A stretch of DNA of 64,000 nt, from the IMG/VR virus record IMGVR_UViG_3300011116_000796, positions 32,001-96,000 of that record. One strand, given 5' to 3'. Shown here piece by piece: positions 26,564 to 37,942 of the stretch. The DNA comes from a virus. Positions within the stretch are counted from its first letter, which is position 1. Each line of letters begins with the position of its first letter. Both the position numbers and the translations under genes were made by a program. The notes below the pieces were generated by a model. The model had not been told where the DNA came from, made no database searches, and saw only the letters and a list, made by a program, of their open reading frames with translations.

Positions 26564-28494
26564 TGTCTAATACCCCTATCCGTGAACTTGACTTTGATCA
26601 GATAAAGCAAAGCCTTAAAGATTATTTGCGTGGTCAAGATAAGTTCAAAGACTACGACTTCGAAGGGTCTACACTCAACATTCTATTGGATTTGCTTGCA
26701 TATAATACGCATTACCAGGCGTTTTATGCAAACATGGTCGCAAATGAAGCCTTTCTTGATTCGGCTGTTGTGAGAAACTCTGTCGTTTCTTTGGCAAAAC
26801 ATCTTAACTATAGACCAAGATCGAAGAAGTCCGCACGAATTGCAGTAAATGTTGAGTTATCACCGATCACATCAGGAAGATCGCAGCCTGCTGGAGTGAC
26901 TGTCGCATCTGGTAAAGAATATGTAAATGCAGGGACTACATTTTTTGCAAGAAATTCACAGGGGCAAAATGTATCGTTTGTGACTCTAGACAATTTTAGA
27001 GTTCGGGTTTTTGGAGGGAGATTTGTTGCTTCTGATGTCATCCTACATGAGGGGGTTCTTAAGACATCTTCGTACATAGTTAATGCAAAGGATACACTAC
27101 AGAGATTTGTGATTGAGGATCAAAACATTGATATAGATACGCTTTCTGTCAGAGTACAGAGGTCGGTGACAGACACAGAGGGGTTTGATGAAATCTGGGC
27201 GAGATCGACAGACATCAATACTCTTAATGGGAGTTCAAGGGTCTTCTTTGTACAAGAGGCAGAGAACGGTAAGTGGGAAATATATTTCGGTGATGGTATA
27301 GTAGGAAAGGCATTGGAAAACGGAAATTTAATTCAAATGGTGTATCTCTCCACAAATGGAGAAAGTGGAAATGGAATCGGATCTACAGACTCTACCTCTT
27401 CAAGAGTTTTCACATCAAACAATCCTGAGTTTTTGGTGGAAGTGATCAAGGACTCAAGGGGAATTCCACAGCCATCTTACGGTGGAGCAGAACCCGAGAG
27501 TACAGAATCTATTAAGTTTCATGCTCCTAAAAACTATCAGGCACAAGACCGAGCGGTAACATCAGAAGATTATCTCTCCATTCTCGCAAGAGAGTATTCC
27601 ATCAGATCAGAATCTTTCTTGGTTTGGGGAGGAGAGGAAAACGACCCACCACAATACGGAAAGGTCTTCATCTCAATCAAACCCAAAAATGCGGGTCGGC
27701 TTACTATTACAGAAAAGCAAGCAATTTCTAGGACTGTTTTAGGTCAAAGGAACTTGGTTACTGTCACCCCCGAAATAGTAGATCCAGATTTGACATATAT
27801 CAATACTGATGTATCGGTATTTTATGATCCACAGTTGACAACAGCAACTCCAGACGTTTTGATATCGGGGATCTCCTCTAAAATTGTTGAATATGGAGAT
27901 ACATTCTTAGATCAGTTTGGAAAGAATTTCAGGCAATCTAAGTTCAGTTCTTTCATAGACGCTCTCGACCCGTCCATCAATAGTAGCAATGTCAAGTTGA
28001 AATTGGAAAAGCGTATAGAGCCACAATTTGAAAGGACTTTGCCCTACACAGTTAAGTTTGATAATGCAGTCTTTCATCCGGTTGATGGATACCCTCCCGT
28101 ACTTAGTTCATCATCATTCTATTACAGAGATTTAACATCGACTGCTGTAAATAAACCAACTGTTATTGCATATTTGGATGATGATGGATATGGTAATATT
28201 CGAATCTACAAAAAGGTGGGCGAGGAGAGAATTTATCTAGTTAGTAGAGCAGGAACAATTAACTATACAAATGGCCTGATTCAACTCAAATCTTTCTCTC
28301 CTTTGGGTATTCCTGATCCAGATGGTTCAGTGGAGATCAAAATTATCATTGTTCCTGATCGGGGAGATGTTTTGGTTCGTAGAAATCAAGTTTTGTTAAT
28401 CAACGACAGAGAAATAAATGTTGTTGTCGTGCCTGAAAAAACAGTTATTGATAGAAATGCAAGCGATAGTGGATTCCCATTTAGGACAAACTAA
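26563..28494 (+). CDS. 6: Baseplate wedge subunit
   Basis: ELDFDQIK, FKDYDFEGS, LLAYNTHY, NEAFLDSA, YFGDGIVG, AQDRAVT..DY, WGGEENDPPQYGKVFISIKP. Confidence 0.97.
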   Translation: MSNTPIRELDFDQIKQSLKDYLRGQDKFKDYDFEGSTLNILLDLLAYNTHYQAFYANMVANEAFLDSAVVRNSVVSLAKHLNYRPRSKKSARIAVNVELSPITSGRSQPAGVTVASGKEYVNAGTTFFARNSQGQNVSFVTLDNFRVRVFGGRFVASDVILHEGVLKTSSYIVNAKDTLQRFVIEDQNIDIDTLSVRVQRSVTDTEGFDEIWARSTDINTLNGSSRVFFVQEAENGKWEIYFGDGIVGKALENGNLIQMVYLSTNGESGNGIGSTDSTSSRVFTSNNPEFLVEVIKDSRGIPQPSYGGAEPESTESIKFHAPKNYQAQDRAVTSEDYLSILAREYSIRSESFLVWGGEENDPPQYGKVFISIKPKNAGRLTITEKQAISRTVLGQRNLVTVTPEIVDPDLTYINTDVSVFYDPQLTTATPDVLISGISSKIVEYGDTFLDQFGKNFRQSKFSSFIDALDPSINSSNVKLKLEKRIEPQFERTLPYTVKFDNAVFHPVDGYPPVLSSSSFYYRDLTSTAVNKPTVIAYLDDDGYGNIRIYKKVGEERIYLVSRAGTINYTNGLIQLKSFSPLGIPDPDGSVEIKIIIVPDRGDVLVRRNQVLLINDREINVVVVPEKTVIDRNASDSGFPFRTN

Positions 28495-30603
28495 ATGACA
28501 AGCAAACCACTCAATGATATTAGTGATTTGGTGTCAGGAAGACTTCCTGAATTTATCAGAGTTGATCACCCAACACTTGTTGCATTTTTGGATGCCTATT
28601 ATGAGTGGCTACAGAACAAAGACAGATCAGGCAAAATTCTAAGCCCTATGGTTCTACAAGATGTGATTGATGTTGATGATACTTTGAATGATTTTGTCAA
28701 GCAATTCAAAAATCAGTATCTCTACAATTTTCCCGAAAAATTAGCCACATCTAAAGATGGAACTCCTTTAGATATTCGAAAATTGATGAAGCACATCAAA
28801 GCCTTTTATCGTTCAAAGGGCACGGAAAAGTCATATGAGTTTTTGTTTAGAATATTGTATGATGCTTCCGTTGAAATTTATTATCCAAAACAAGATATTC
28901 TCAGAGTCTCAGATGCAAAATGGTATCAGAAAACTTCAATAAAGTCATCAAACTCACTCGGTGACCGAATCTTTGATTCTATCGGCAGAATCATCTATCA
29001 GAAAAACATTGAGGGAAAAATAACGTCATCGGCAAAAGTCATAGATGTTAATTTGTATCAACAAGATCAATATGAAGTTGCCGAACTTGTTTTGACAGGG
29101 AAAAATGGATCGTTTTCTCCTGGAAGTAGAGGTTTTTCATTTGAAGTTGATAATCAAGTTCTTCGTGAACTTAAGATATACGATGTAGTCACATCAGTAA
29201 CCGTAAGTAATGGTGGATCAGGATATACTGTTGGAGACAGAGTCATATTTACTGCTGTTGCTGGTGATAGTGGAATTGCTGCAAGAGGTCAGGTTTCAGT
29301 TGTTAGTGCAACAGGATCGATAAAAAGAATCAAGATGGATGACTTTGGACTCAATTATGGTGTGAGTCCTTCTATAACAGTTCAATCAATAAATGGATCT
29401 GGATTTTCTGGTGTTGCAAATTTGGGAGCATTGTGTGAGTCAGAAGGCTACTATGTAAATACAGATGGCAGATTGAGTAGCAAGAAAGTCATCCAAGACA
29501 ACCATTACTACCAAGACTTCTCATATGTTCTAAAAACAGAGTTAGTCATTGATGAGTATCGTGAAGCAGTTCGTAGATTGATACACCCTGCGGGAACTGC
29601 CATGTTTGGTCAAGTTTTAATCAAGAGATGCGCTAAGGAAGATTTGACAAACGCCTCTACGCTTATGCGGTTTGAGCGTCCCATAATTGGTCATTACTGC
29701 CCATACACATTTAACACATACAACAATTTACAAGAATGGTTCTCAATTCCAGGTACCGGGGATTCGTTGGGTACGAATATCCCATCTGGATATAACCCAA
29801 ATAAGCATGACTCGCTAATTCAATATGGCGGCAAAGCCGGTACACCCGATCAACTCACCACTATCGGAAATCCAATAACAAATTTGATCCCATTTGTTGA
29901 AGCAACCGGACCTTCGTTTTCGCCTCTCGGTCTTAGCGGATATCAAAATGCAGATCCTTTCTGGATCATTTACGAGCATCCAAATAGAAAAATTAGTGGA
30001 CCGACCATAGCACAAATTTGGAGAAATCAACTGTCCGATTTTGTGAATACATGGCCTGAGTGGTGTTCAGTTACAGGTGGTGGCCCACCAAACGGATGGA
30101 CAGCGGATTTCCAAGACCCATCTTTTGAGAAGAAATATGCCTTCTTGAAATACAACGACACATCATCGTTCAGAAAGATAACAGCAAGAGCATTTTTTGA
30201 AATGCCAATCGGTGAGGAATTTGACTGTAAGGTTGAGTCTAGAGAAGCATTCGCTAGGCCAGTTATGAACATATTGCAGCCTTTGAATGGGCAGGAGGTA
30301 AACTCTAAAATAGAGTCTTGTCCAATCACAATCAGATTTGATATACAAAACAGTCAGAATTTACCTAGAGTTTCAGGTTTCGATCAGGATAGTAAGATCA
30401 GAATCTCTATGTCTCCAAATACTGTTCCTTCTCTTAAAAAACCAGTTTATCTCGACATCAATGAAAGAGAATTTCATGCAAATTCTGTGCCCGAAGGCAT
30501 TTATTCTGTTCGTGTGGATGTTGTTGATAGATTATTCAGGCCCATACAGAGATTGTCTGACAGCGTAGTCTTTGAATATACATGCTTACCACCAAATCCG
30601 TGA
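28495..30603 (+). CDS. 7: Baseplate wedge initiator (gp7-like)
   Basis: LPEFIR.DHP...FL.AYYEW, FYRSKGTEKS..FLFRILY, IQDNHYYQDFSYVLK, LIHPAG..MFG. Confidence 0.88.
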   Translation: MTSKPLNDISDLVSGRLPEFIRVDHPTLVAFLDAYYEWLQNKDRSGKILSPMVLQDVIDVDDTLNDFVKQFKNQYLYNFPEKLATSKDGTPLDIRKLMKHIKAFYRSKGTEKSYEFLFRILYDASVEIYYPKQDILRVSDAKWYQKTSIKSSNSLGDRIFDSIGRIIYQKNIEGKITSSAKVIDVNLYQQDQYEVAELVLTGKNGSFSPGSRGFSFEVDNQVLRELKIYDVVTSVTVSNGGSGYTVGDRVIFTAVAGDSGIAARGQVSVVSATGSIKRIKMDDFGLNYGVSPSITVQSINGSGFSGVANLGALCESEGYYVNTDGRLSSKKVIQDNHYYQDFSYVLKTELVIDEYREAVRRLIHPAGTAMFGQVLIKRCAKEDLTNASTLMRFERPIIGHYCPYTFNTYNNLQEWFSIPGTGDSLGTNIPSGYNPNKHDSLIQYGGKAGTPDQLTTIGNPITNLIPFVEATGPSFSPLGLSGYQNADPFWIIYEHPNRKISGPTIAQIWRNQLSDFVNTWPEWCSVTGGGPPNGWTADFQDPSFEKKYAFLKYNDTSSFRKITARAFFEMPIGEEFDCKVESREAFARPVMNILQPLNGQEVNSKIESCPITIRFDIQNSQNLPRVSGFDQDSKIRISMSPNTVPSLKKPVYLDINEREFHANSVPEGIYSVRVDVVDRLFRPIQRLSDSVVFEYTCLPPNP

Positions 30604-30606
30604 GGT

Positions 30607-30613
30607 CTAAATA
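30607..30613 (+). promoter_or_regulatory. Late promoter (CTAAATA)
   Basis: 7 nt before the gp8 ATG; no SD in between. Confidence 0.7.
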
Positions 30614-30620
30614 AACAGCC

Positions 30621-32987
30621 ATGTCAAGTTGCGACCCATTTCGTCAAAATCACAAAAGATTCATAGTTGATACGCTTGTAAATCAATACAGCGATATCTC
30701 AGATGATAATCTGTACCTTAGTATAGGTAAAATTACTCCTTGGGGAGCAACTCAAGGTAGTGATATACCTGTAAGATCTTTGGATTCTGTGGAAGATGAT
30801 ACTAATTTTTGGCGGGGCATGATCGCAGCCAAAAGGATCAATAGATCAGATGTTTCGTTCGTCATTCGTAGGGTAGATTGGACATCGGGAACAGTTTATA
30901 CGGCCTACAGAAATAATGTCGATCTATTTGACGATCTGAGTCCAGCAGACTTTTATGCACTTGTTGATGAGGAAAGAGTTTATATCTGTATAGACAACAA
31001 TTTAGGCTCACAGTCTTTAATTCCACCCACTCACACAGATTCGATTGTTAGAAAATTGAGTGATGGGTATCGGTGGAAGTTTCTTTACCAAATTCCCGAA
31101 AGTAAACGAAAGTTCCTGACAAAGAGTAAAGTTGGTTCTATTGGGTACATGCCTGTTGAATTTGTTGAGTCTATTCGTGAAAACGATGATAGAGTGTTGC
31201 AATGGAATGTTCAGCAAGCAGCAGTAAATGGAAAAATAGAGTTTGCTTACATGGATGAACCCGCAAAAGCATATTGGGTTTCAAGTCCATCGTGTGTTCT
31301 TCCATCAAATGCAAATATAGTCGTTGACAATGTTGCATCTGGAGGGACTACAGTACAAATATCATCTCCTGAACTATCACCCAATTCAGACTTCTACACA
31401 AACATGATCATATCATTTGATGCTGGTCCTGGTCAGGGGCAGCGTAGAACCATCAAGGAGTATAATTGGCTTGGTGTTACGGCAAGAGTGGTCGTAGATC
31501 CACTTGTTCTTGGTATATCGGGATCATCAAATCCAAACACACAAACCTTCTTTAGTATTCAGCCTAAAGTCACAGTGAATGGTGATGGGTTTGCTAATAG
31601 TAACACATACAATCCAACAAATAGAACCGCAGATTTTCAGGTTAAGTTTGGTGAAACAGCAGGGGTATCAGCCGATTGTAGTAATATTTTGTCTCGGTAC
31701 GTCAAAAGTATCGAAATTGTAGATGGTGGCAAAGATTATACATTTATCGAACTCGACATTCCAAAGGGACTGACAACAGTATTTTCAAACACACCAAGAG
31801 AATATCTTGATCTGAAAAAGGTTCTTCATGGTGTCATCCCCCCTCCCGGAGGCCACGGTGCAAATCCATTCAAAGAACTTGGGTGTGCTGCATATATGAT
31901 TGTAAAGGATTTTGATGGGGATGAATTGGTTCAGGGAAATTGTGCTGAGGGGTGTACCGAAACAAGTAAATTGGATACGGACAATGATTTTAGACAATTC
32001 GGAATAATCAGAAACCCCACCTTATCGAATCCACAAACTAGACTTAAGTTTTTTCAAATTGGTCTGACAGGAACATTTACCGTAGGTGGTACTGCGGGGC
32101 AACTCGGAACATCTATAGTCGGTAGAGTTCTTGAGTGGAATATTGGAACTACAGGAGTTACTGCTACAAGTGAACTAGTTTTGGACAGAATTGTTGGCGG
32201 CACATTTGCAGCAGGAGCAACAGTTGGGGGATTGACTGTTTATGATGTTTCTCATAAGACAGTCGCAGGAACTGAAGGCAGACATCTTATGAGACTGATT
32301 CTGTCTCCGCAAAATATTGAATTTGCATCTTCAGGTAAAACATATGCTCGTAGACACTACGCACATGGTGTAGGTAACAGATCAGAAAACATTCCTGAAT
32401 CTAGATCTTCTGGTGAAATTTATAAATGGCAAACCGCAGCGGGAACATTACAACGTGGGGTTTTACATCTTGAAGATCCGAAAGGCAAATTCAATATTGG
32501 GGAATTGGTACTTCAAACTCAACCGTATTTTGCTGGTTCAAATGGTTCGACTGGAGATGGAAAGATAGTAAGTATTGATACAGAACTGATAAATGTTCCA
32601 TCAATCTATGATTTGACTACAACACTAAAATTATTTGGTGAGGATTTTGTAAAGGATACTTTCTATAAAGATGCATTTGTTTCATTTGCGACAGGAATTA
32701 CGGCTGGAAATGGGTATGTGGTTGATTGGAATCCTGTTACAGGTGGAACAAATGGATATTTGAGACTTGCTGGAGCGCAAGGAATATTTGTCACCGGACA
32801 AGCAGTCGAATATATTGCGTTTGGTTCCTCTGGAAACACAACTTCGGTTGATGCTATAGTTCAGAGTATTGACCACAGAGGGGAACTTAAGTACAGGACC
32901 GGAGAAGTCCTATACATACAGAATATAAAACCAATACAAAGAGACCTAGAGCAGAGAGAAGAAATTAAACTCGTAATAGAGTTGTAA
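30621..32987 (+). CDS. 8: Baseplate wedge subunit (extended gp8)
   Basis: MIAAKRI, RVDWTSGTVY..Y, VYICIDNN, P.HT, DGYRWKFLY, PPGGHG, DFRQFGIIRNP, GEVLYIQN..PIQR...QREEIKLVIEL. Confidence 0.93.
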   Translation: MSSCDPFRQNHKRFIVDTLVNQYSDISDDNLYLSIGKITPWGATQGSDIPVRSLDSVEDDTNFWRGMIAAKRINRSDVSFVIRRVDWTSGTVYTAYRNNVDLFDDLSPADFYALVDEERVYICIDNNLGSQSLIPPTHTDSIVRKLSDGYRWKFLYQIPESKRKFLTKSKVGSIGYMPVEFVESIRENDDRVLQWNVQQAAVNGKIEFAYMDEPAKAYWVSSPSCVLPSNANIVVDNVASGGTTVQISSPELSPNSDFYTNMIISFDAGPGQGQRRTIKEYNWLGVTARVVVDPLVLGISGSSNPNTQTFFSIQPKVTVNGDGFANSNTYNPTNRTADFQVKFGETAGVSADCSNILSRYVKSIEIVDGGKDYTFIELDIPKGLTTVFSNTPREYLDLKKVLHGVIPPPGGHGANPFKELGCAAYMIVKDFDGDELVQGNCAEGCTETSKLDTDNDFRQFGIIRNPTLSNPQTRLKFFQIGLTGTFTVGGTAGQLGTSIVGRVLEWNIGTTGVTATSELVLDRIVGGTFAAGATVGGLTVYDVSHKTVAGTEGRHLMRLILSPQNIEFASSGKTYARRHYAHGVGNRSENIPESRSSGEIYKWQTAAGTLQRGVLHLEDPKGKFNIGELVLQTQPYFAGSNGSTGDGKIVSIDTELINVPSIYDLTTTLKLFGEDFVKDTFYKDAFVSFATGITAGNGYVVDWNPVTGGTNGYLRLAGAQGIFVTGQAVEYIAFGSSGNTTSVDAIVQSIDHRGELKYRTGEVLYIQNIKPIQRDLEQREEIKLVIEL

Positions 32988-32998
32988 GGTAAAAAGAC

Positions 32999-35900
32999 AT
33001 GGCATCATACAATTCAGAGATATTTAACTCAGATCCCTACTACGACGATTTCAGTGAGAACAAGAAGTTTCTTCGGATCATGTTCCGTCCTGGATATGGT
33101 GTTCAGGCTAGAGAACTGACACAAATACAGACAATTCTTCAGAACCAAATAGAAAGATTTGGTAGTCATGTTTTTGAAGAAGGTAGTATGGTTCTTGATG
33201 GTAAAATTACGGTCAACAGTCTCAAGTTTGCCCGTGTATCTGGACTATCGGGAACAAATGATGTAAATGATTTTGTTGGAACAACTATATTCTCCAATAA
33301 TAGAGCAAAAGCAAAGATTGTCCACGCTGAGAGTGGGTATTCAGGATCTTCAATCGACAATATTCCAGTCATTTTCTATGAATATCTTGAGGGAGGTACA
33401 GCGTTTGCGTTCGGAGATGAGATTGGTGGAACAGCACCGAACGGATCGTACATTAGTGCAAATGTCACAGGAAGTAATGTTGTTTATCCTGTTGGTAATT
33501 CATTAGTTGTATCGGTTGATAGGGGAGTTAGATTTGTAGAGGGATACTTTGTTCTTAATGACTTTCAGTCAATGGGTGCATACTCACTATCGGGTGCAGA
33601 TGGTAGTCAGGTTCGTGTTTATGATCAGCCAACAACACGCCTTGGATTCGATGTTTCAAGAAAGTTTGTTCAGGCAGAAGACGACAGCACACTAAACGAT
33701 CCTGCATATGGATCCTACAATTATAATGCGCCTGGAGCAGATCGATTTAAGATCGATTTGATGATATCACAGAAATCATTTACAGCGGCAGATACAAGTG
33801 CAACTGATAACTTCTCTAGAAAAGATTTTATAGAGTTCCTTCGGCTTGTTGATGGTAGTCCGATTAAGATCGAAAAGTATCCAGACTATGCATCTTTAGA
33901 AGATACTTTGGCTCGTAGAACATATGATGAATCAGGTAACTATACAGTAAGACCATTTGAACTTACAGTTCAAAGTGGTCCAGGTATTACATCCGATGGT
34001 GCTACGGGAAATTTGTTTGCCGATCTTGAACCAGGAAAGGCTTATATCTTTGGGTATGAATTTGAAACTCAAGGAATCACTAGGCTTCCGATAGATGCAA
34101 CAAGAGATTCAAGTCACGTTAGAACAGTTTCAGATTTGTATTTCAATCGTTCTCTTGGTCCATATTGCAGAGTTCAGTTTTCAGGCATGACAGGTAGTGT
34201 GACTGGAGGACAGCAGTTTAATGTGCAACCTCTTTATAGATTAAGTAGAGGCATAAGTGGAGCATCACTTGATGTTATTGGCACAGCAAGAGTGAGATGG
34301 ATAGAGCCGTATAATACCGCAAATGGTGTTTACAACCTACATCTATTCAATGTTGAAATGTCTGGCACCGCATCATTTGATGAAGTGACAAGAATAACTC
34401 CATTCTCCACAGGAATAACTCATGCATTTTCAGTCACTGGAAGTGATGGGCTTATCAATTTGCAGAACAGCAATCTTCTATATGAATTTCCAACAGGTAC
34501 CCGTGGTAAGACTGTCAATAGTGCCGATTATGCTATTGCAGGATTCTTCGAAGTTCAATTTGGCTCTGGAAATTTTCCAACCGTTGGGGCTGACGCAAAG
34601 TGCAGAGGAACATTAAACGTCACAGATTATACATCATCAGCATCAAATGTTTCATTCTCAGTTCCAGCCGATTACACAAATCTTCCCGACGAAGATGTGT
34701 TTGCGTTTAATGTTCATGGTGTTGCAATAGGAGGAACGGCATATAGAACCTCATCTCAAACACTTGATGTGACTCTAGAGGGTATTGGTGTAACACAAGG
34801 CGCAAGAGCGTATATTGTCACCAGTATAGACGTTTCAGCCATCAGCGGAAGTCAACTAAGATCTAAAGTCAGAGATGTTATTGAGATGGGATCAACTGCG
34901 GGTGGATTCACTGGCCCCTTTAAGGGGCTAACTTCAGATCAATACGGAAATACAATTTTATATCTTGGTGGAAAGGTTGATGTTGTCGAGGTACTTTCTA
35001 TCACTGGAACAAAGGATGTTACATCACAACTAAAACAGTATTTCACATTTGATAGCGGACAGAGGGACAATCTTTATGATTGGTCTAGATTGATACTCTC
35101 ATCAGGTGTTACAGGAGTAACTGGTCCATTCGAAGCAACCCTTGCAGTTTATAATAGAACAGGAGTCAGGGGACCATTCACAGTAAACTCGTATCCTGCA
35201 CCATATTCGGAAATTCCATCATACACAAGTAGAACAACAGGTAAAAGATATGACCTTGCTGATGTTATTGACTTTAGACCAGATCGTGGAACGAGCGGAA
35301 ACATAATCGGTTACCCTTGGTTTCCAATAAATACAGCGGCGAATGATCAAACATTCTCCTATGAGCACTATCTTCCAAGAACAGACAAAATTGTTCTGAC
35401 TAGAGACAGAAAGTTTTCTGTTGTCAAAGGAATTCCTAGTCTAGACGCTCAGACTCCTCCCGACGATCCAAATTCTATGACATTGTACTCTGTTACAATA
35501 AACCCTTACACATTCGATCAAAAAGATGTGTCTGTGCGGTTTATTGAGAACAAGAGATACACCATGAGAGACATCGGTGATCTTGAGAAAAGAATTGAAG
35601 CGGTTGAGTATTACACCACGTTATCATTACTTGAGCAAGAAGCGAAATCTCTTTCCATAGTCGATGGAAACAATTTAGAGATTCCGAAGAAGGGAATTTT
35701 AGTAGATCAATTTAAGGGTCACAACATTGGTGATATTTCAAATCCAATGTATAAGGCATCAATTGACTTCGAAAGAAATGAATTGCGTCCTCCGTTTGTT
35801 GCTAGAGCATTTGGAATTACAGGACCGATAGAGTCATCGGGTATTACAACATCTTATGATGGAATAGTTACCCTTGATTATACAACTACTGTAGAAGTTT

Positions 35901-37942
35901 CTCAGCCACTTGCCACAAGCACGTTCACAATAAACCCGTCTAGTGTTTTTAATTACCTCGGTGTATTGAAATTAAATCCATCAGCAGACTTCTGGTTTGA
36001 TACCTCAACTACAGCATCAGTAAAAGTGAATGTTGATGGTGAAAATGATGCGTGGCAATTTGGTTCTGGATTTGGAACACAATGGAATGATTGGGAATCA
36101 ATCTGGTACGGTAGAGAAATTGCAAGCGAAAGCAATACAAAACAGAATATTATTGATACTAGAAACTCAGTTGTTGCAGGAACAAAGGGAATAAGCCTCG
36201 GCAATACATTTAAGTCGGGAACACCTGAAGGAGTCAAGAGAAAGTCGGTCTCAAGGGTAATCCGTAAAGATGTAGTTCCTTTCATGCGAGATCGTCAAAT
36301 TGAGATGAATGCAAAGGGTCTCAAACCAAACACTAAATTCTATGTTTTCTTAGATGATGTGAATATCACACCATATTGCACAGGTGGCTCACAAATTACA
36401 TCGAATCTTGGCGAAGTGAATTCTTTGAAATACCTAATGAGCCAAGATCAAGAGAACCATTTCCTATCTGGCCGAAGAGTTTTCAGAATCACAGACAGTG
36501 AAACTAATGATCCGAGGAATTCTTCGATGGCTGCGGACGCAATTTTCAATTCGTCTGGAGCGATTGATACACTAAACGAAGATGGGATATTGTCAACAAG
36601 ATCTGCAATAACAAGAAGAAGATCTGTTAAGACAAACAAGATACAATCGAATCTGACAGAGTTGTTATCAACAGATTTCTTCGGATTCACAGAGCCGCTA
36701 AGTCAAACATTCTTTATCGATCCAGTTAAGTATGCAAACGGAATCTTTGTGAAGAAGATTGGAATTTCATTTGCAACGAAAGATCAGGATGCGACATCAT
36801 CAGTCACTCTTTTATTGAAACCGACTCAATCGGGATACCCGCATCCGTCTAAGGTGATGCCGTTTGGAGAAACCACTGTATACTCTTCGAATATAACAAC
36901 ATCTTCAAACGGAGCAACTGAGACAAACTTTGAATTCACAAGTCCAATATATCTTTTGCCTGGTGCAGAGTATTCCATTTCTCTGGTGTCGAATAGTAAC
37001 CAATACACAGTATTTGGAGCATCAGTCGGTCAAAATATAATCAAACTATCAGAGTCTGAAACTGATATCAAAGCATCAAAACAACCAGGAGTGAGAAGTT
37101 TGTTTTTACCTCAGAATAGCGGAACATTGAGTAAGAAAGAAAATGATTCGATCAAATTCTCTATTCATGCATGTAAGTTCTCACCGCAGGCAGGAAACAT
37201 CAAATATGAAAATTTGAGTGAGAACTACGGATCAAACACGTTTTTCGATCTGATGAGGTTCAATGCCAATCAAATAATTCCTTCAAACACTTCAATCTCA
37301 TTCAGTGAAAGAGGTTTGTTGGAAGATATAAATGGATCGTTTAAATCTATACAGGCAAACAAAAATATCGACAGACCATCCGACAAGTCATCAAGAAATA
37401 TGGGAACAGGAAAGTTCTCAGAAATTTTGGTGAATATGGTTGGAAATCTATATGTTTCGCCGGTTCTCGACACACAGACAACCAACTATGTTGTTGTTGC
37501 AAATCAGATAAACAACAATAATGTGATCGCAACCAACCTTGAGTTATTTCCAACAAATTTGGGTGCTACTGCTCCAAGTGAGGCAAGGTACATCACTAAA
37601 CAAGTGACACTTGAGCCTGGATTTGAAGGTACGAATGTTCACGTTCAAATGTCATTGTGCAATCCTTACGACTCAAGCATACAAGTCTTTGTTCGCCCAC
37701 TTCCTGTCGGTGAAGGCGACTTCAGTAGCATAGGATACAAACAACTCACAAGCAACGATTCTGGATATTCACAAAACTTTAATGATTTCCGTGAAGTTAT
37801 GTACACAAGCACAGGATTAAATCTATCAAAGTTTAGAGCATTCTCTATTAAGATTGTAATGTATTCAAGTAGCACATCAACACTTCCTAGTGATCCACGT
37901 TCACTTCCTAGAATCAAAAATCTGAGAATAGTTGCAACATGA
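32999..37942 (+). CDS. Large virion structural protein (VrlC/DUF4815-like)
   Basis: PYYDDF, FRPG..VQARELTQIQ.ILQNQIERFG, APGADR, LARRTYDESGNY.V.PF, YLPR.DK, NKRYTMRDIG.LEKRI..VEYYT.LSLLE, PRIKNLRIVA. Confidence 0.9.
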   Translation: MASYNSEIFNSDPYYDDFSENKKFLRIMFRPGYGVQARELTQIQTILQNQIERFGSHVFEEGSMVLDGKITVNSLKFARVSGLSGTNDVNDFVGTTIFSNNRAKAKIVHAESGYSGSSIDNIPVIFYEYLEGGTAFAFGDEIGGTAPNGSYISANVTGSNVVYPVGNSLVVSVDRGVRFVEGYFVLNDFQSMGAYSLSGADGSQVRVYDQPTTRLGFDVSRKFVQAEDDSTLNDPAYGSYNYNAPGADRFKIDLMISQKSFTAADTSATDNFSRKDFIEFLRLVDGSPIKIEKYPDYASLEDTLARRTYDESGNYTVRPFELTVQSGPGITSDGATGNLFADLEPGKAYIFGYEFETQGITRLPIDATRDSSHVRTVSDLYFNRSLGPYCRVQFSGMTGSVTGGQQFNVQPLYRLSRGISGASLDVIGTARVRWIEPYNTANGVYNLHLFNVEMSGTASFDEVTRITPFSTGITHAFSVTGSDGLINLQNSNLLYEFPTGTRGKTVNSADYAIAGFFEVQFGSGNFPTVGADAKCRGTLNVTDYTSSASNVSFSVPADYTNLPDEDVFAFNVHGVAIGGTAYRTSSQTLDVTLEGIGVTQGARAYIVTSIDVSAISGSQLRSKVRDVIEMGSTAGGFTGPFKGLTSDQYGNTILYLGGKVDVVEVLSITGTKDVTSQLKQYFTFDSGQRDNLYDWSRLILSSGVTGVTGPFEATLAVYNRTGVRGPFTVNSYPAPYSEIPSYTSRTTGKRYDLADVIDFRPDRGTSGNIIGYPWFPINTAANDQTFSYEHYLPRTDKIVLTRDRKFSVVKGIPSLDAQTPPDDPNSMTLYSVTINPYTFDQKDVSVRFIENKRYTMRDIGDLEKRIEAVEYYTTLSLLEQEAKSLSIVDGNNLEIPKKGILVDQFKGHNIGDISNPMYKASIDFERNELRPPFVARAFGITGPIESSGITTSYDGIVTLDYTTTVEVSQPLATSTFTINPSSVFNYLGVLKLNPSADFWFDTSTTASVKVNVDGENDAWQFGSGFGTQWNDWESIWYGREIASESNTKQNIIDTRNSVVAGTKGISLGNTFKSGTPEGVKRKSVSRVIRKDVVPFMRDRQIEMNAKGLKPNTKFYVFLDDVNITPYCTGGSQITSNLGEVNSLKYLMSQDQENHFLSGRRVFRITDSETNDPRNSSMAADAIFNSSGAIDTLNEDGILSTRSAITRRRSVKTNKIQSNLTELLSTDFFGFTEPLSQTFFIDPVKYANGIFVKKIGISFATKDQDATSSVTLLLKPTQSGYPHPSKVMPFGETTVYSSNITTSSNGATETNFEFTSPIYLLPGAEYSISLVSNSNQYTVFGASVGQNIIKLSESETDIKASKQPGVRSLFLPQNSGTLSKKENDSIKFSIHACKFSPQAGNIKYENLSENYGSNTFFDLMRFNANQIIPSNTSISFSERGLLEDINGSFKSIQANKNIDRPSDKSSRNMGTGKFSEILVNMVGNLYVSPVLDTQTTNYVVVANQINNNNVIATNLELFPTNLGATAPSEARYITKQVTLEPGFEGTNVHVQMSLCNPYDSSIQVFVRPLPVGEGDFSSIGYKQLTSNDSGYSQNFNDFREVMYTSTGLNLSKFRAFSIKIVMYSSSTSTLPSDPRSLPRIKNLRIVAT

